DNA of 64,000 nucleotides from Candidatus Yanofskybacteria bacterium (lineage in GTDB: Bacteria; Patescibacteriota; Minisyncoccia; 2-02-FULL-40-12; IGHO2-12-FULL-4). The stretch covers positions 75,616 through 139,615 of the forward strand of contig JACPNK010000002.1 in assembly GCA_016185525.1 (NCBI GenBank), read 5' to 3'. Shown in pieces: positions 44,505-54,127 of this stretch (its first letter is position 1; each line of letters starts with the position of its first letter). The notes beneath the pieces are model-generated. The model was given only the letters and a program-made list of their open reading frames with translations. It ran no database searches and was not told the DNA's origin. A program made the position numbers and the translations under genes.

Positions 44505-45002
44505 ATGGAAAATAAAAAATTTGAAGAGTTAATCAAAAAAATCCAGAAAGCAAAACAAAGCGGCGGCTTGGATTTGTCATTGGAAGAAGATTTGAGCATA
44601 GCTATTATGAACTTGGTCAGCCTGGAAGAACACTTCTTTTTCACAGCCTCTAAAACGGAAAAGCCGGAATATTTTGATTTGTTAAACGAAGTCAGAAGCA
44701 TCCGCAAGGCTCTTCTTGGAAGAATGATTAAAAATTCGGAAGGCGAAGTCTGGTGTATTTCTAAGCATCTTCTGGCCGGAACCATGAGGCTTGCGGAAGT
44801 AGGCACAAAGTACTTGTCAGAAGGAAAAAAGAAAGATGCCGAAGAAGTTTTTGGACAGGCCTACAAACTTTACTCGCTGTTTTGGGCGGTTCGTTTGAAA
44901 TTGACAGACATCTCCGGGTTGAAAAAGACTGACGACCCTAAAAAGCCATGGTCATTTGAGGATATAGTAAATAAACTTGTTGACTGTTGTGAAGAAAGAT
45001 AA
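44505..45002 (+). CDS. hypothetical protein (165 aa)
   Basis: ORF only. Confidence 0.45.
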   Translation: MENKKFEELIKKIQKAKQSGGLDLSLEEDLSIAIMNLVSLEEHFFFTASKTEKPEYFDLLNEVRSIRKALLGRMIKNSEGEVWCISKHLLAGTMRLAEVGTKYLSEGKKKDAEEVFGQAYKLYSLFWAVRLKLTDISGLKKTDDPKKPWSFEDIVNKLVDCCEER

Positions 45003-45013
45003 ACAACTAACAT

Positions 45014-45919
45014 ATGTTCAATATAAAAAAAATAAAAATTGAAGATAAATATATTTTACCCTTAAGTATTTTGGTTTCAGCAGTAGTTATTTCCGGCGCT
45101 TGGGTCTACATATCAAGGCTTAGTCTTGATGAAAAAAGAGGAGATTTGAGTGCTTCCGCGCTTAAAAAAATTGAAGAAAAAATTCTGCCGAAAAAAGGTT
45201 TCGTTCTGCCTGTTAAGTGGGGAGACCTTGGAATAAGATTAACAGAAGCCGGAGTAATTGATGCGGAAAAGTTTGAATCGCTTTATAATGAAAGAAGCAG
45301 ACTTGACCCGGAAAGCAAACAACTGCTCTCCGGGGCGGAAAACGACTCGCTGAAGATTACTCCCGACAATTCGCAGGTTCTGCTTAATCTTTTATGGGCC
45401 TTGGGCTTGGGCAACAAGAACGACATTTTAGAGAAAGGGGAGATGGTTGATGAAAGATATGGCGGAGCGGACAAATTTGCTTCCACCGGTGGCTGGACGT
45501 TGGCAAAAGGCAATTCTATGGATCATTATTCAAAACATGGCTTTGTGGTTTTGACGCCCGAACAGCAAGCGTTGGTTGAAAGCGTCTCAAAAAATATATA
45601 CCGTCCGTGTTGCGGCAATTCCACTCACTTTCCTGATTGTAACCATGGCATGGCTATGCTTGGATTGCTTGAATTGATGGCTTCGCAGGGTATATCCGAA
45701 AAAGATATGTACAAATATGCTTTGCAGGTCAATTCTCTCTGGTTCCCCGACACCTATCTGAATATCGCCAAGTACCTGAAAATAAAAAAGATTGACTGGA
45801 ATAAAGTTGAACCAAAAGAACTTCTCGGAGCCAACTTCTCCAGCGCTTCCGGTTACCGTCAAGTTTTGTCGCAAATCCAGCCGGAAACCAAACAAGGCGG
45901 GGGAGGTTGCGGAATTTAA
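45014..45919 (+). CDS. hypothetical secreted protein with Cys cluster (RPCCGNSTHFPDCNHG)
   Basis: N-terminal TM/signal; possible metal site. Confidence 0.45.
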   Translation: MFNIKKIKIEDKYILPLSILVSAVVISGAWVYISRLSLDEKRGDLSASALKKIEEKILPKKGFVLPVKWGDLGIRLTEAGVIDAEKFESLYNERSRLDPESKQLLSGAENDSLKITPDNSQVLLNLLWALGLGNKNDILEKGEMVDERYGGADKFASTGGWTLAKGNSMDHYSKHGFVVLTPEQQALVESVSKNIYRPCCGNSTHFPDCNHGMAMLGLLELMASQGISEKDMYKYALQVNSLWFPDTYLNIAKYLKIKKIDWNKVEPKELLGANFSSASGYRQVLSQIQPETKQGGGGCGI

Positions 45920-45932
45920 CATCAATAAATTT

Positions 45933-48134
45933 ATGGAAAATATTAAACAAACTTATACCTGTCCGATGCATCCGGAAGTTATCAGAAATGAACCGGGGCT
46001 TTGTCCCGGTTGCGGCATGGCGCTGATACCGAAAACGTCTGCGGCCAAAGAAGACAAACCGGATGGCTACGATATTTCAGAGCTAAGCCACAAGAACCAC
46101 GAAGCGGCGATGCCTGCCCGCCATAGCCTTGGCGACGGAGGGACCAACCCGCAAATGGCCAAGAAAATGGAGCAGGATATGCGCCGCCGGTTTTGGGTTT
46201 CTTTTTTGCTTTCAATTCCGATTTTTCTTTATTCGCCGGTAGGTGAAAAGGTGCTTGGTTTGGTTCTGTTTTCGCCGATATCAATCAACTGGTTGCTCTT
46301 GATTCTGACTACGCCGATTGTTTTTTGGACCGGTTCAATTTTCATAACCGGCACTTATTATTCACTCAAAGCCCGCAAGCTTAATATGTCGGTGCTTATC
46401 GCCACCGGCGTTCTGGCGGCGTATCTTTTCAGTGTTCTGCTGACTTTATTGCGTCCGGAGTCAGAAACATTTTACGAAGCGGCAGCTCTTTTGGTGACTT
46501 TTGTTTTGTTCGGCCATTGGATGGAAATGAAATCCCGCCGCGGCACGTCCGATGCCTTGCGCGCTCTTTTTGATTTGGTTCCGCCGCAAGCTAGAGTTGT
46601 AAGAGATGGCAGAGAAGTTTCTGTTCCCAGCTCTGAAATTATTCATAACGATATTGTGGTTCTCCGGCCCGGCGACAAGGTGCCGGTTGACGGCATAGTC
46701 ACAGAAGGAGAAAGCGCGATTGACGAATCGCTGGTTACCGGCGAGTCAATTCCGGTTTCAAAAAAGAACGGCGATAAAGTTATCGGTGGTTCGGTAAATC
46801 AAACCGGCACGGTTAAATTTAAAGCCACTCAAGTCGGTTCGGAAACGGTTCTGGCTCATATTATTAAGCTTGTGGAAACGGCGCAAAATTCCAAAGCGCC
46901 GGGACAGCGCATTGCCGACACAGCGGCCGGTTGGCTGGTGGTTGTTGCCGTCGGTTCGGGATTGGCGGCATTTTTTGGCTGGTATTTCGGCGCCGGCGCC
47001 GGACTTCTTACAGCTCTTACTTTTGCGATTTCAACGGTAGTAATCGCTTGTCCTGACGCTCTCGGCCTTGCCACGCCGACAGCCGTCGCTGTCGGCACCG
47101 GCATCGGCGCCAAACACAATATTCTTATCAAAGATGCGGCGACTCTTGAGAACACTTCCCGGATTAACGCCATCATTTTGGACAAAACCGGCACGCTCAC
47201 GGAAGGAAGACCGAAAGTCACAGACGTTGTGGCGCTTAACGGTTTCAACGAACACGATGTTTTGCGCTACGAAGCCAGTTTGGAAGCCGGTTCCAATCAT
47301 CCTCTATCCAAATCTATTTTTGAAGAGACCGTAAAACGTAACGCCTTGCCGCTTGAACCGATAGAAAACTTTGAGTCAATCGCCGGTTACGGACTTAAGG
47401 CGCGAATTGCCGGTAAAATTGTTTTTGCCGGAAAAGAGAAACTGCTTCAGAACAACGGTATCGCCACCGAGCCGATGAGAAACGTTCTTGACCAACTTGC
47501 CGGAGAAGGGAAGACTTTAAGCTTATTAGCTGTTGATGGAATTTTTGCGGGTGTTGTTGCCGCTGCAGATCCGCCGCGGCCCAATTCTAAAAAAACCGTA
47601 GCGGCGCTCAAAAAACTCGGCATGGAAGTGGTGATGATTACGGGAGACCACGCAAAAGTGGCGGAAGGCGTCGGAAAGGAGCTGGGCATTGACCGGGTTT
47701 TTGCCGAAGTTTTGCCTGAAGACAAAGCAAAGTATGTTAAAAAATTGCAAAGTGAAGGCAAATTTACGGCGATGGTCGGCGACGGCATCAATGATGCGCC
47801 GGCACTAGCGCAAGCGGATATCGGCATAGCCATCGGCGCCGGTACTGATGTCGCCATTGAAACCGGCAACATTGTGCTGATGAAATCCGACCCTTACGAT
47901 ATTGTTGCCGCTTTGCGTTTGAGCAAAGCTACGGTTACCAAAATGAAACAGAATCTTTTTTGGGCGGCGATTTACAACTTGCTGGCTATTCCCGTTGCCG
48001 CCGGAGTGTTTTATAATTCTCTTGGTTGGTCTTTGCGTCCGGAAATTTCCGCTCTGCTGATGTCGGCCTCTTCAATAATTGTTGCAACTAACGCCGTGCT
48101 GTTGAAAAGAGTAGAGCCTGGGCTTAAAAAATGA
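45933..48134 (+). CDS. P1B-type heavy-metal (probably copper) translocating ATPase
   Basis: N-terminal YTCPMHPE...GLCPGCGMAL metal-binding module; DKTGTLT, GDGINDAPAL, TGD; TM CPx motif reads CPD (IACPDALGLATP). Confidence 0.9.
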   Translation: MENIKQTYTCPMHPEVIRNEPGLCPGCGMALIPKTSAAKEDKPDGYDISELSHKNHEAAMPARHSLGDGGTNPQMAKKMEQDMRRRFWVSFLLSIPIFLYSPVGEKVLGLVLFSPISINWLLLILTTPIVFWTGSIFITGTYYSLKARKLNMSVLIATGVLAAYLFSVLLTLLRPESETFYEAAALLVTFVLFGHWMEMKSRRGTSDALRALFDLVPPQARVVRDGREVSVPSSEIIHNDIVVLRPGDKVPVDGIVTEGESAIDESLVTGESIPVSKKNGDKVIGGSVNQTGTVKFKATQVGSETVLAHIIKLVETAQNSKAPGQRIADTAAGWLVVVAVGSGLAAFFGWYFGAGAGLLTALTFAISTVVIACPDALGLATPTAVAVGTGIGAKHNILIKDAATLENTSRINAIILDKTGTLTEGRPKVTDVVALNGFNEHDVLRYEASLEAGSNHPLSKSIFEETVKRNALPLEPIENFESIAGYGLKARIAGKIVFAGKEKLLQNNGIATEPMRNVLDQLAGEGKTLSLLAVDGIFAGVVAAADPPRPNSKKTVAALKKLGMEVVMITGDHAKVAEGVGKELGIDRVFAEVLPEDKAKYVKKLQSEGKFTAMVGDGINDAPALAQADIGIAIGAGTDVAIETGNIVLMKSDPYDIVAALRLSKATVTKMKQNLFWAAIYNLLAIPVAAGVFYNSLGWSLRPEISALLMSASSIIVATNAVLLKRVEPGLKK

Positions 48135-48149
48135 TATAATGTTTAAGTT

Positions 48150-48620
48150 ATGGACTTTTCTTTTTTAACTTACAAACCTGTTTTGATCGGTCTGCATCTG
48201 GGTTTTGCCATTCTGGGAATTGATGCTTTTTTGTGGCTGACAGGTGAATTTTTAGCAAACACTTTTGGAAAATTAAGAGTTAAAATTGCGGCTGTAATCG
48301 GCGTTGCCGGTTTTGCTTTAAGCTGGCTAGCCGGCGGTTATTATTATGTGGTTTATTACGGCAAATTGGTAAAACCGGTGATAAAAGAAGGTGTTGCGCC
48401 TTGGGCTCATGCGATTTTTATGGAAACAAAAGAGCATATTTTCCTTTTTGTAATCCCACTGGCGGTTACGGCTTTGCTTCTGGCATTTCTCAAAAGAGAG
48501 GAGATAAAGGAATATAATTTGTCCCGTTTGGCGACTGTTTTAGTGGTATTAATTGCTTTACTGGGACTTTTAATCGGAGCGATGGGTTACATTATTTCAG
48601 CCGCCGCCCGTTGGGGCTAA
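48150..48620 (+). CDS. hypothetical membrane protein (156 aa)
   Basis: 4-5 TM. Confidence 0.4.
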   Translation: MDFSFLTYKPVLIGLHLGFAILGIDAFLWLTGEFLANTFGKLRVKIAAVIGVAGFALSWLAGGYYYVVYYGKLVKPVIKEGVAPWAHAIFMETKEHIFLFVIPLAVTALLLAFLKREEIKEYNLSRLATVLVVLIALLGLLIGAMGYIISAAARWG

Positions 48621-48659
48621 GTAAAAAAATTTTTTTAAATTTTATTTTTTAAGTATTGT

Positions 48660-48980
48660 ATGAAATCTCTTAAACTAATTTACTCTTCGGCGGTTGCCGC
48701 GATTGTTTCCGTAATTTTTACGGTTGCCATTACGGTTTTGGGCGAACTCTCCGTTCCGCTCAAAAACTGGCTGACCGATTTTTCCGGACACCATTGGACC
48801 AGTAAAAGCATATTTTCCGTTTTGATTTATTTTGTTGTCTGGGGTTTGGCCTATTTCTACTCCGGCGCGGTTTCAGCCAAAACTGTCCGCAGAGCTTTGA
48901 TCAATCTGATTATTTTTTCCGTGGCTGGAATTTTAGCAGTGTTTTTATTTTTTACCGCTCACTATTTAAATTTTTTTTAA
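48660..48980 (+). CDS. hypothetical membrane protein (106 aa)
   Basis: 3 TM. Confidence 0.35.
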   Translation: MKSLKLIYSSAVAAIVSVIFTVAITVLGELSVPLKNWLTDFSGHHWTSKSIFSVLIYFVVWGLAYFYSGAVSAKTVRRALINLIIFSVAGILAVFLFFTAHYLNFF

Positions 48981-48990
48981 TTAAAACTTT

Positions 48991-49467
48991 ATGACAAAAT
49001 TTCAAAAAATATTTTTGTTTTTACTTCGTCTGGCTATGGGCTGGCTGATGTTTTATGCGGGCATAACAAAAATTATTAACCCCAGCTGGTCAGCGGAAGG
49101 TTACTTAAAAAGCGCCAAAACTTTTGCCGGATTGTTTAACTGGTTCGCTTCACCGGAAATTCTGCCGGTTACCAACTGGCTTAACGAATGGGGCTTGACG
49201 ATTCTGGGAATTTCTTTGATTTTGGGAATTTTTGTAAGGCTGACTTCAATTTACGGCGTTGTTTTGATGCTTCTTTATTATTTTCCAGTTCTGGATTTTC
49301 CGTATGCTGGCGAACATTCTTTCATAATTGATGAGCATATAATCTATGCGTTAGTTTTGCTGTTCTTTGCCGCTATCCGCGCCGGCCGCGTTTGGGGTTT
49401 GGAAAACCGGTGCGCAAGACTGCCCATTTGCTCAAAGTTTCCGAGATTAAGAAACTGGCTCGGCTGA
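48991..49467 (+). CDS. DoxX-family membrane protein
   Basis: LRLAMGWLMFYAGITKIINPSW... typical DoxX start. Confidence 0.6.
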   Translation: MTKFQKIFLFLLRLAMGWLMFYAGITKIINPSWSAEGYLKSAKTFAGLFNWFASPEILPVTNWLNEWGLTILGISLILGIFVRLTSIYGVVLMLLYYFPVLDFPYAGEHSFIIDEHIIYALVLLFFAAIRAGRVWGLENRCARLPICSKFPRLRNWLG

Positions 49468-49492
49468 TATAGTTATCAGGTAACGGTATCAG

Positions 49493-49520
49493 TATAAAAA
49501 AACCGAGCTAGGCTCGGTAG
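49493..49520 (-). terminator. intrinsic terminator accgagc-tag-gctcggt with U-run on minus strand
   Basis: Downstream of NUDIX gene stop. Confidence 0.5.
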
Positions 49521-49628
49521 TTACACTTTAACTAATCTTGGATTGGGACGAAAACGACGTCCGGCTTTAGCGCAAAGTTCGCCGTCCACTAAAACAATAT
49601 CGGCGCTGAAACCTCCAGATTATTCATC

Positions 49629-50162
49629 TTAATTCTCCTTTCTTTTTCTGTTTTGCTTTTGAACCTGCCGCATCATTTCTTGATGAGTCGGCCAACCGAT
49701 TTCGGGCGGGTTTTTAATGTCAAACCAGTTTACTTCTTTATTTTCCTGCGGGTCGTTATTCCTAATTTTGCCTTTAGCTGTTGCGTAATAGAAAAATACG
49801 AGATGCCCCGGGCTTCGCGGGTCTTCATTTGATTCGGTAAAATTGATAAATCTGGCTTTTATGACAACAAGCCCCGTTTCCTGCTCCACCTCTCTCTTGA
49901 GAGCGGCTTCCGGATGTTCTCGATACTCCACAAAACCTGCCGGAAAATTCCAAGTATTCTTATATGGGTCTCGATTGCGCTTCACCAAAAGAATCTTGTT
50001 TCTCCTGATTATCAAGCCAACCGAAGCCAAGCCGACGGTCGGGTAATGAGTCCAGCAGTTGCAGTAAGTACAGACCTTTCTTGGCGTTCCGTCCGTTGTC
50101 CAGACAGAAAGCCGGCTGGCGCAATACGGGCAGTATTCGTAATCGGATAATGTAATTGGCAT
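49629..50162 (-). CDS. NUDIX hydrolase with N-terminal zinc-ribbon
   Basis: Nudix box AGFVEYREHPEAALKREVEQETGL; CPYC...CTYC. Confidence 0.8.
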   Translation of the reverse strand: MPITLSDYEYCPYCASRLSVWTTDGTPRKVCTYCNCWTHYPTVGLASVGLIIRRNKILLVKRNRDPYKNTWNFPAGFVEYREHPEAALKREVEQETGLVVIKARFINFTESNEDPRSPGHLVFFYYATAKGKIRNNDPQENKEVNWFDIKNPPEIGWPTHQEMMRQVQKQNRKRKEN

Positions 50163-50302
50163 AATTTTTTCCTGTTTTTTTAAAGTGCAAGCCGTTTTTA
50201 AAATAGCACAAGAGTTACTATAATGTCAAGGAAAACGTCACTAACGGGGAAGTTTTGTGTAAGTAAAAAGCCGGCAACCAGCCAGCTTTAAAAAGATACA
50301 CC

Positions 50303-52237
50303 TCAAACATCAGTAATTTTTCTGGCTCTGATTTGAGCCAAAAATACATCGGTATTTTCAATAAGTCCCCTTTGCAAAATTCCTTGGATAATATCCTTAA
50401 CGTTCGGGGGGAGGAGTTGTCTGGAAGAACACTCGAGTAATCCGACTTCGGTCATGAAGTCAATTGTCGCTTGTGAAGCGCTCGGTATAAAGTCGTCAAC
50501 TGCTTGATTTAGAGACTTTACATCAACATTTTGACCGCCCGCAAATCTGAATGAGGCGAGAACAATTGCCTCTATATCTGCTCCGGAAAAACCGTCAGTT
50601 TTCTTTGCAAAAGGCACAAAGTCCTTAATATCAGTCGGGATGCCATACCTCTTAAACATCACCCTGAAAATATCCGGCAATTCTTCGGTTGAGGGCATTG
50701 GAATCAAAATTCTCTGATCTCCGCGGCCGCTGCGCTTCAGCGCTGCATCAATACGGTCGGGCCTGTTAGTGCAAGATATTACTACTATCTGGCCTCTGAT
50801 TCTCGGATCAGACAAGAATTCCATCCACATCTTCATTAAGTGTTCTGTAACATTAGAGTCTCCTTTGGGGGTATCTCGTTGGGCGTCGGCCAGATCAGCT
50901 TCGTCATTCATGACAACAACCGGTGTCAGCGACCGCAAAGCATAAATAAATTTTTGCATGCGGGCTTCAGATTCGCCAACCCACATTGAACGTATATTTT
51001 TGGTTTTAATGAAGTTGAACGATGCTTCTTTTGCCAGAGCTTCTACCAATGCTGTTTTTCCGGTTCCGGGCGGACCCATCAAATAAACACCCATCGGCAC
51101 AAGGCGATACTCTGCCTTTTTAATGGCGTCAAGAACTGATTGAAAATAACTTTTTACATAAGACAGCCCGCCGATGTCTTCAAAGCCGCGTTGGGCATCG
51201 ACAATTTCCATTAATTCGCCGTATTCAGTGTTCAGAATAGTCTTTTTTCGATCCTTTACGAAATCTAAGCTTAATGGCTCACCGGTTTTTAGCGCTTGCA
51301 GAAAAATTTCGTAGATTTGTTTAAAGCTCATGCCTTGTGTGGCATGGCCGAAAACAGCAGTATCAAAGTCGTCCGGCAGTACAATCACGGAATCTGAATC
51401 TGCCATCTGTTCGCGTAATTGCTTTGCTTTATATTCTAACTGCGATTTTTTACTACCCCTAGCATTTTTAACCTGTTTTTCTACTTTAGCCAAATCTGTT
51501 GCCAATTCGGCTTTTTCTCTAGCCTTCAACGTGGCGTTGGAAATAAAATCAATTCTTTCCGGTTTTGTCGGCTTGGGAATAAAAACCTGATAAAAACCAG
51601 ATCCATTCCCTCTCAGTTCAACAGAGATTTTACTTATATCGTCTGTCAGCAAGAGAATAAGGTTGTTGCTTTTCCTGTACCAAGTGCTCTTGCTCCAATT
51701 AATCAGCATTTGGATATTGACTCTGTCATTTTGCGGAAGCAGCGCATTTGCGCCGGGATTCGGGGCAACGAAGTGCGCTGATCGGATAATTACCGCGACA
51801 TTTTCGCATTTACCCAGTACTTTACTAATTAGTGGCAGACAGGCATTTGGATCTTGGGGCAAGCCTCGTTTTGCAGCAAGGCCAGCCTTTGCCGCGGCGA
51901 TTGGATCCGCGCTTGTGTCGTCTTCTGATTCCAGTCCGCAGACTTTTTTGAAATCCTTTTCCATTTTCGGATTCAGAAATTTCATGCCGGCAGCAAGATC
52001 ATAGATAATAACGATTCGTCTCTCGTCAAAAATACTTTTGAGGAACTCCAGGAAAGTAATGTAAGCGCGACCGGGTTCGTCCTCGCAATTTGGATTTAGA
52101 ACCAAACCGTCGGTGTCACCATGGAAAATAAATGCATGAGCCAAGCCGGACCTGAATGGCAGTAGGAATTCTTTTTTCAGCCATTCCGGCGCTTTATACT
52201 CTAAAGCTTTTACATCTTCGGTTTTGTCGGTTTTCAT
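50303..52237 (-). CDS. classical-clade AAA+ ATPase with ~350-aa unknown N-terminal domain
   Basis: Walker A GPPGTGKT, Walker B VVVMNDEADL, sensor-1 SCTNRP, Arg finger RSGRGD. Confidence 0.85.
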   Translation of the reverse strand: MKTDKTEDVKALEYKAPEWLKKEFLLPFRSGLAHAFIFHGDTDGLVLNPNCEDEPGRAYITFLEFLKSIFDERRIVIIYDLAAGMKFLNPKMEKDFKKVCGLESEDDTSADPIAAAKAGLAAKRGLPQDPNACLPLISKVLGKCENVAVIIRSAHFVAPNPGANALLPQNDRVNIQMLINWSKSTWYRKSNNLILLLTDDISKISVELRGNGSGFYQVFIPKPTKPERIDFISNATLKAREKAELATDLAKVEKQVKNARGSKKSQLEYKAKQLREQMADSDSVIVLPDDFDTAVFGHATQGMSFKQIYEIFLQALKTGEPLSLDFVKDRKKTILNTEYGELMEIVDAQRGFEDIGGLSYVKSYFQSVLDAIKKAEYRLVPMGVYLMGPPGTGKTALVEALAKEASFNFIKTKNIRSMWVGESEARMQKFIYALRSLTPVVVMNDEADLADAQRDTPKGDSNVTEHLMKMWMEFLSDPRIRGQIVVISCTNRPDRIDAALKRSGRGDQRILIPMPSTEELPDIFRVMFKRYGIPTDIKDFVPFAKKTDGFSGADIEAIVLASFRFAGGQNVDVKSLNQAVDDFIPSASQATIDFMTEVGLLECSSRQLLPPNVKDIIQGILQRGLIENTDVFLAQIRARKITDV

Positions 52238-52238
52238 G

Positions 52239-52913
52239 TTAAGACCTCACATGTAAAAAATGCTGGTGTTCCACATTTTGTGGAATCGGTTGTCCTGATT
52301 CGTGTTCTTCTGATAAGGCGATTTTAACACCAAACTTTTTAGCCAAAGTTAAAAACTTTGACCGCTCTTCTTTCAATGAAGAGGCCGAGTCAAAATGTTC
52401 AAAAGCTAAGACTCCCTCGCCCGTAGTTCCAACGGAAACTTTTAAGTATCTATGGACGTTCGCGTCCTCATTTTTCTCACCCTCAAGGATTATTGTCTTT
52501 TGACCGTCGATTGTTTTTTCAGAAACTACAATCGTATAATCCAATAACTGGGCAATTACTCCGGTAACTTCTATCTGAAATCTTTCGGAAACCTTTTTGG
52601 CTATGGCCTCAATTTTTCTTTTTTCTACAGCTTCGGTGTATTTAGATTTGATTTCCAATTCTCCGTTGCGAATAAGAAACTCAACTTTCCCAATTTTATC
52701 TACGGCTTCTAACGCGCGCTCGAGAGCCGTATTTAACAGAGGATTAATGTCCAAGTCAGATGCCCACTCTAAGAAAACAACATCAGTTACTCCCATATTT
52801 TCCAATAAGTCTTTGGTTATTTTGGGGGCTTTTGATCTTTCTTTAAATTCGTTGACAATCTTGGGTTCTACACGGATTGTAGTAATATTTTTGTATCCGA
52901 TATCACAAGGCAT
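52239..52913 (-). CDS. hypothetical protein (224 aa) co-transcribed with AAA+ gene
   Basis: 1-nt intergenic gap to AAA gene; own promoter TTGCCA-N17-TAATAC (52953-52981, minus). Confidence 0.5.
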   Translation of the reverse strand: MPCDIGYKNITTIRVEPKIVNEFKERSKAPKITKDLLENMGVTDVVFLEWASDLDINPLLNTALERALEAVDKIGKVEFLIRNGELEIKSKYTEAVEKRKIEAIAKKVSERFQIEVTGVIAQLLDYTIVVSEKTIDGQKTIILEGEKNEDANVHRYLKVSVGTTGEGVLAFEHFDSASSLKEERSKFLTLAKKFGVKIALSEEHESGQPIPQNVEHQHFLHVRS

Positions 52914-52981
52914 AAGTTACTCCTTATTTTAAAAGTGCTTGAAAGCAATATCGTATTAGCACACTTTTATTATTTTGGCAA

Positions 52982-53006
52982 GTAAAAAACGCTCTTTGGA
53001 GCGTTG
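52982..53006 (-). terminator. intrinsic terminator aacgctc-tttgg-gagcgtt plus U-run (minus strand) after vWA-2
   Basis: Read directly. Confidence 0.5.
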
Positions 53007-53017
53007 TGTTTTTGCGG

Positions 53018-54019
53018 TTAAACCTTGAGACCGCCGCCTTTTTTAGAAGTATTCTTTTGGGATTGCGCTGGATTTACTGGTCCATCTTTTTTCTTTTGAA
53101 CATTTTTTTCTTTCAACATTGTCTCAAGGGGTTTAAGCGCCTCTGTTACTTGGTTAATTCTTTCTTGTGTTTGCGGCTTATATTTCTTTCCGCCCATTTC
53201 CAATGGCCGGTTTTTCATGTCCTCAACATAACCCGAGAGTGTTCTCTTGCCTGACACCAAAGCTAAAATTCCCAAAGTCAAGTCGGCAATTGCCGTATCG
53301 TCTGGTAATTTAATAACATAATTTTTACCGAGAACTTTTTCCCATTGGGCTACAATTTCAGAATCCAAACCATAGTTATTATAATATCTGTGCAATAAGA
53401 AAACATTATCCATGAATTTGGCTTTTAGCTCAGCAAAGATGACGCTGGTATTTATGTTTTCATGCTGTCCGCCAAAACGCTTTTTTAATTCACTCCCGAG
53501 CAATTGCTCTCTAAATCCTTCATCGCCGGTAAAGAGTAGAATCGGCAGTTGAGCATTTGGCATGTCGCAACAGCGTGCATAGAAATAAGCCATGAATTCA
53601 TAAGATTCAAAATGCTGTCCGCCGCCGCCACCCTCTATCCAGATCTTTTGTAACCAAGGGTCTAAGCTTTTGATTACGGAGAAATCGCAAACCTGCAGTG
53701 GTCCGCGATCTGAAGTGACATCGCCAACGGCCGCTAAGCTCACATCCGGGTCTTCAAGATATTTTTGTTCAACAATTTGTCCCGCGATCATGGGCATTTT
53801 GTCGTAGATTAATTTGGGCAAGGTACCCATAGAACCCGTTACATCGTAAACGTAAACCAGGGGATTTCTATGCGCTGAAACAAGTTTTCGTTCAAAAGGC
53901 AATAAATCATTGGATAATACCGACCGTGACATCTGCTCTTGAGCAAAAGTTGATACACCCGAACTTAGTTTACTAACCACAGAAACATCTCTGTCATAAT
54001 AAGCGCCGCTACTGCCCAT
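53018..54019 (-). CDS. von Willebrand factor A (vWA) domain protein, paralog 2, C-terminus KKGGGLKV
   Basis: MIDAS-like VYDVTGSMG, AVGDVTSDR, EGGGGGQHFESY (GGT-type) motifs; own promoter TTGACA-N17-TATAAA (54057-54085, minus); ATG 54019. Confidence 0.6.
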   Translation of the reverse strand: MGSSGAYYDRDVSVVSKLSSGVSTFAQEQMSRSVLSNDLLPFERKLVSAHRNPLVYVYDVTGSMGTLPKLIYDKMPMIAGQIVEQKYLEDPDVSLAAVGDVTSDRGPLQVCDFSVIKSLDPWLQKIWIEGGGGGQHFESYEFMAYFYARCCDMPNAQLPILLFTGDEGFREQLLGSELKKRFGGQHENINTSVIFAELKAKFMDNVFLLHRYYNNYGLDSEIVAQWEKVLGKNYVIKLPDDTAIADLTLGILALVSGKRTLSGYVEDMKNRPLEMGGKKYKPQTQERINQVTEALKPLETMLKEKNVQKKKDGPVNPAQSQKNTSKKGGGLKV

Positions 54020-54127
54020 AAAGTTTCCTTTTTTGTTTTTAAATAACAGCAAATACTTTATACCAATTACACTCTTCTCTGTCAAGCACAACGCAACGGC
54101 GCCAATAAAAAATCCAGCATAGTTGGA

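Noticed and set aside
52914-53017. Reading vWA-2 through 224aa/AAA as one uninterrupted operon
   Set aside because: A hairpin plus U-run (52982-53006, minus strand) and a fresh TTGCCA-N17-TAATAC promoter separate vWA-2 from the downstream pair. Co-regulation is plausible, but separate transcription units are likely.
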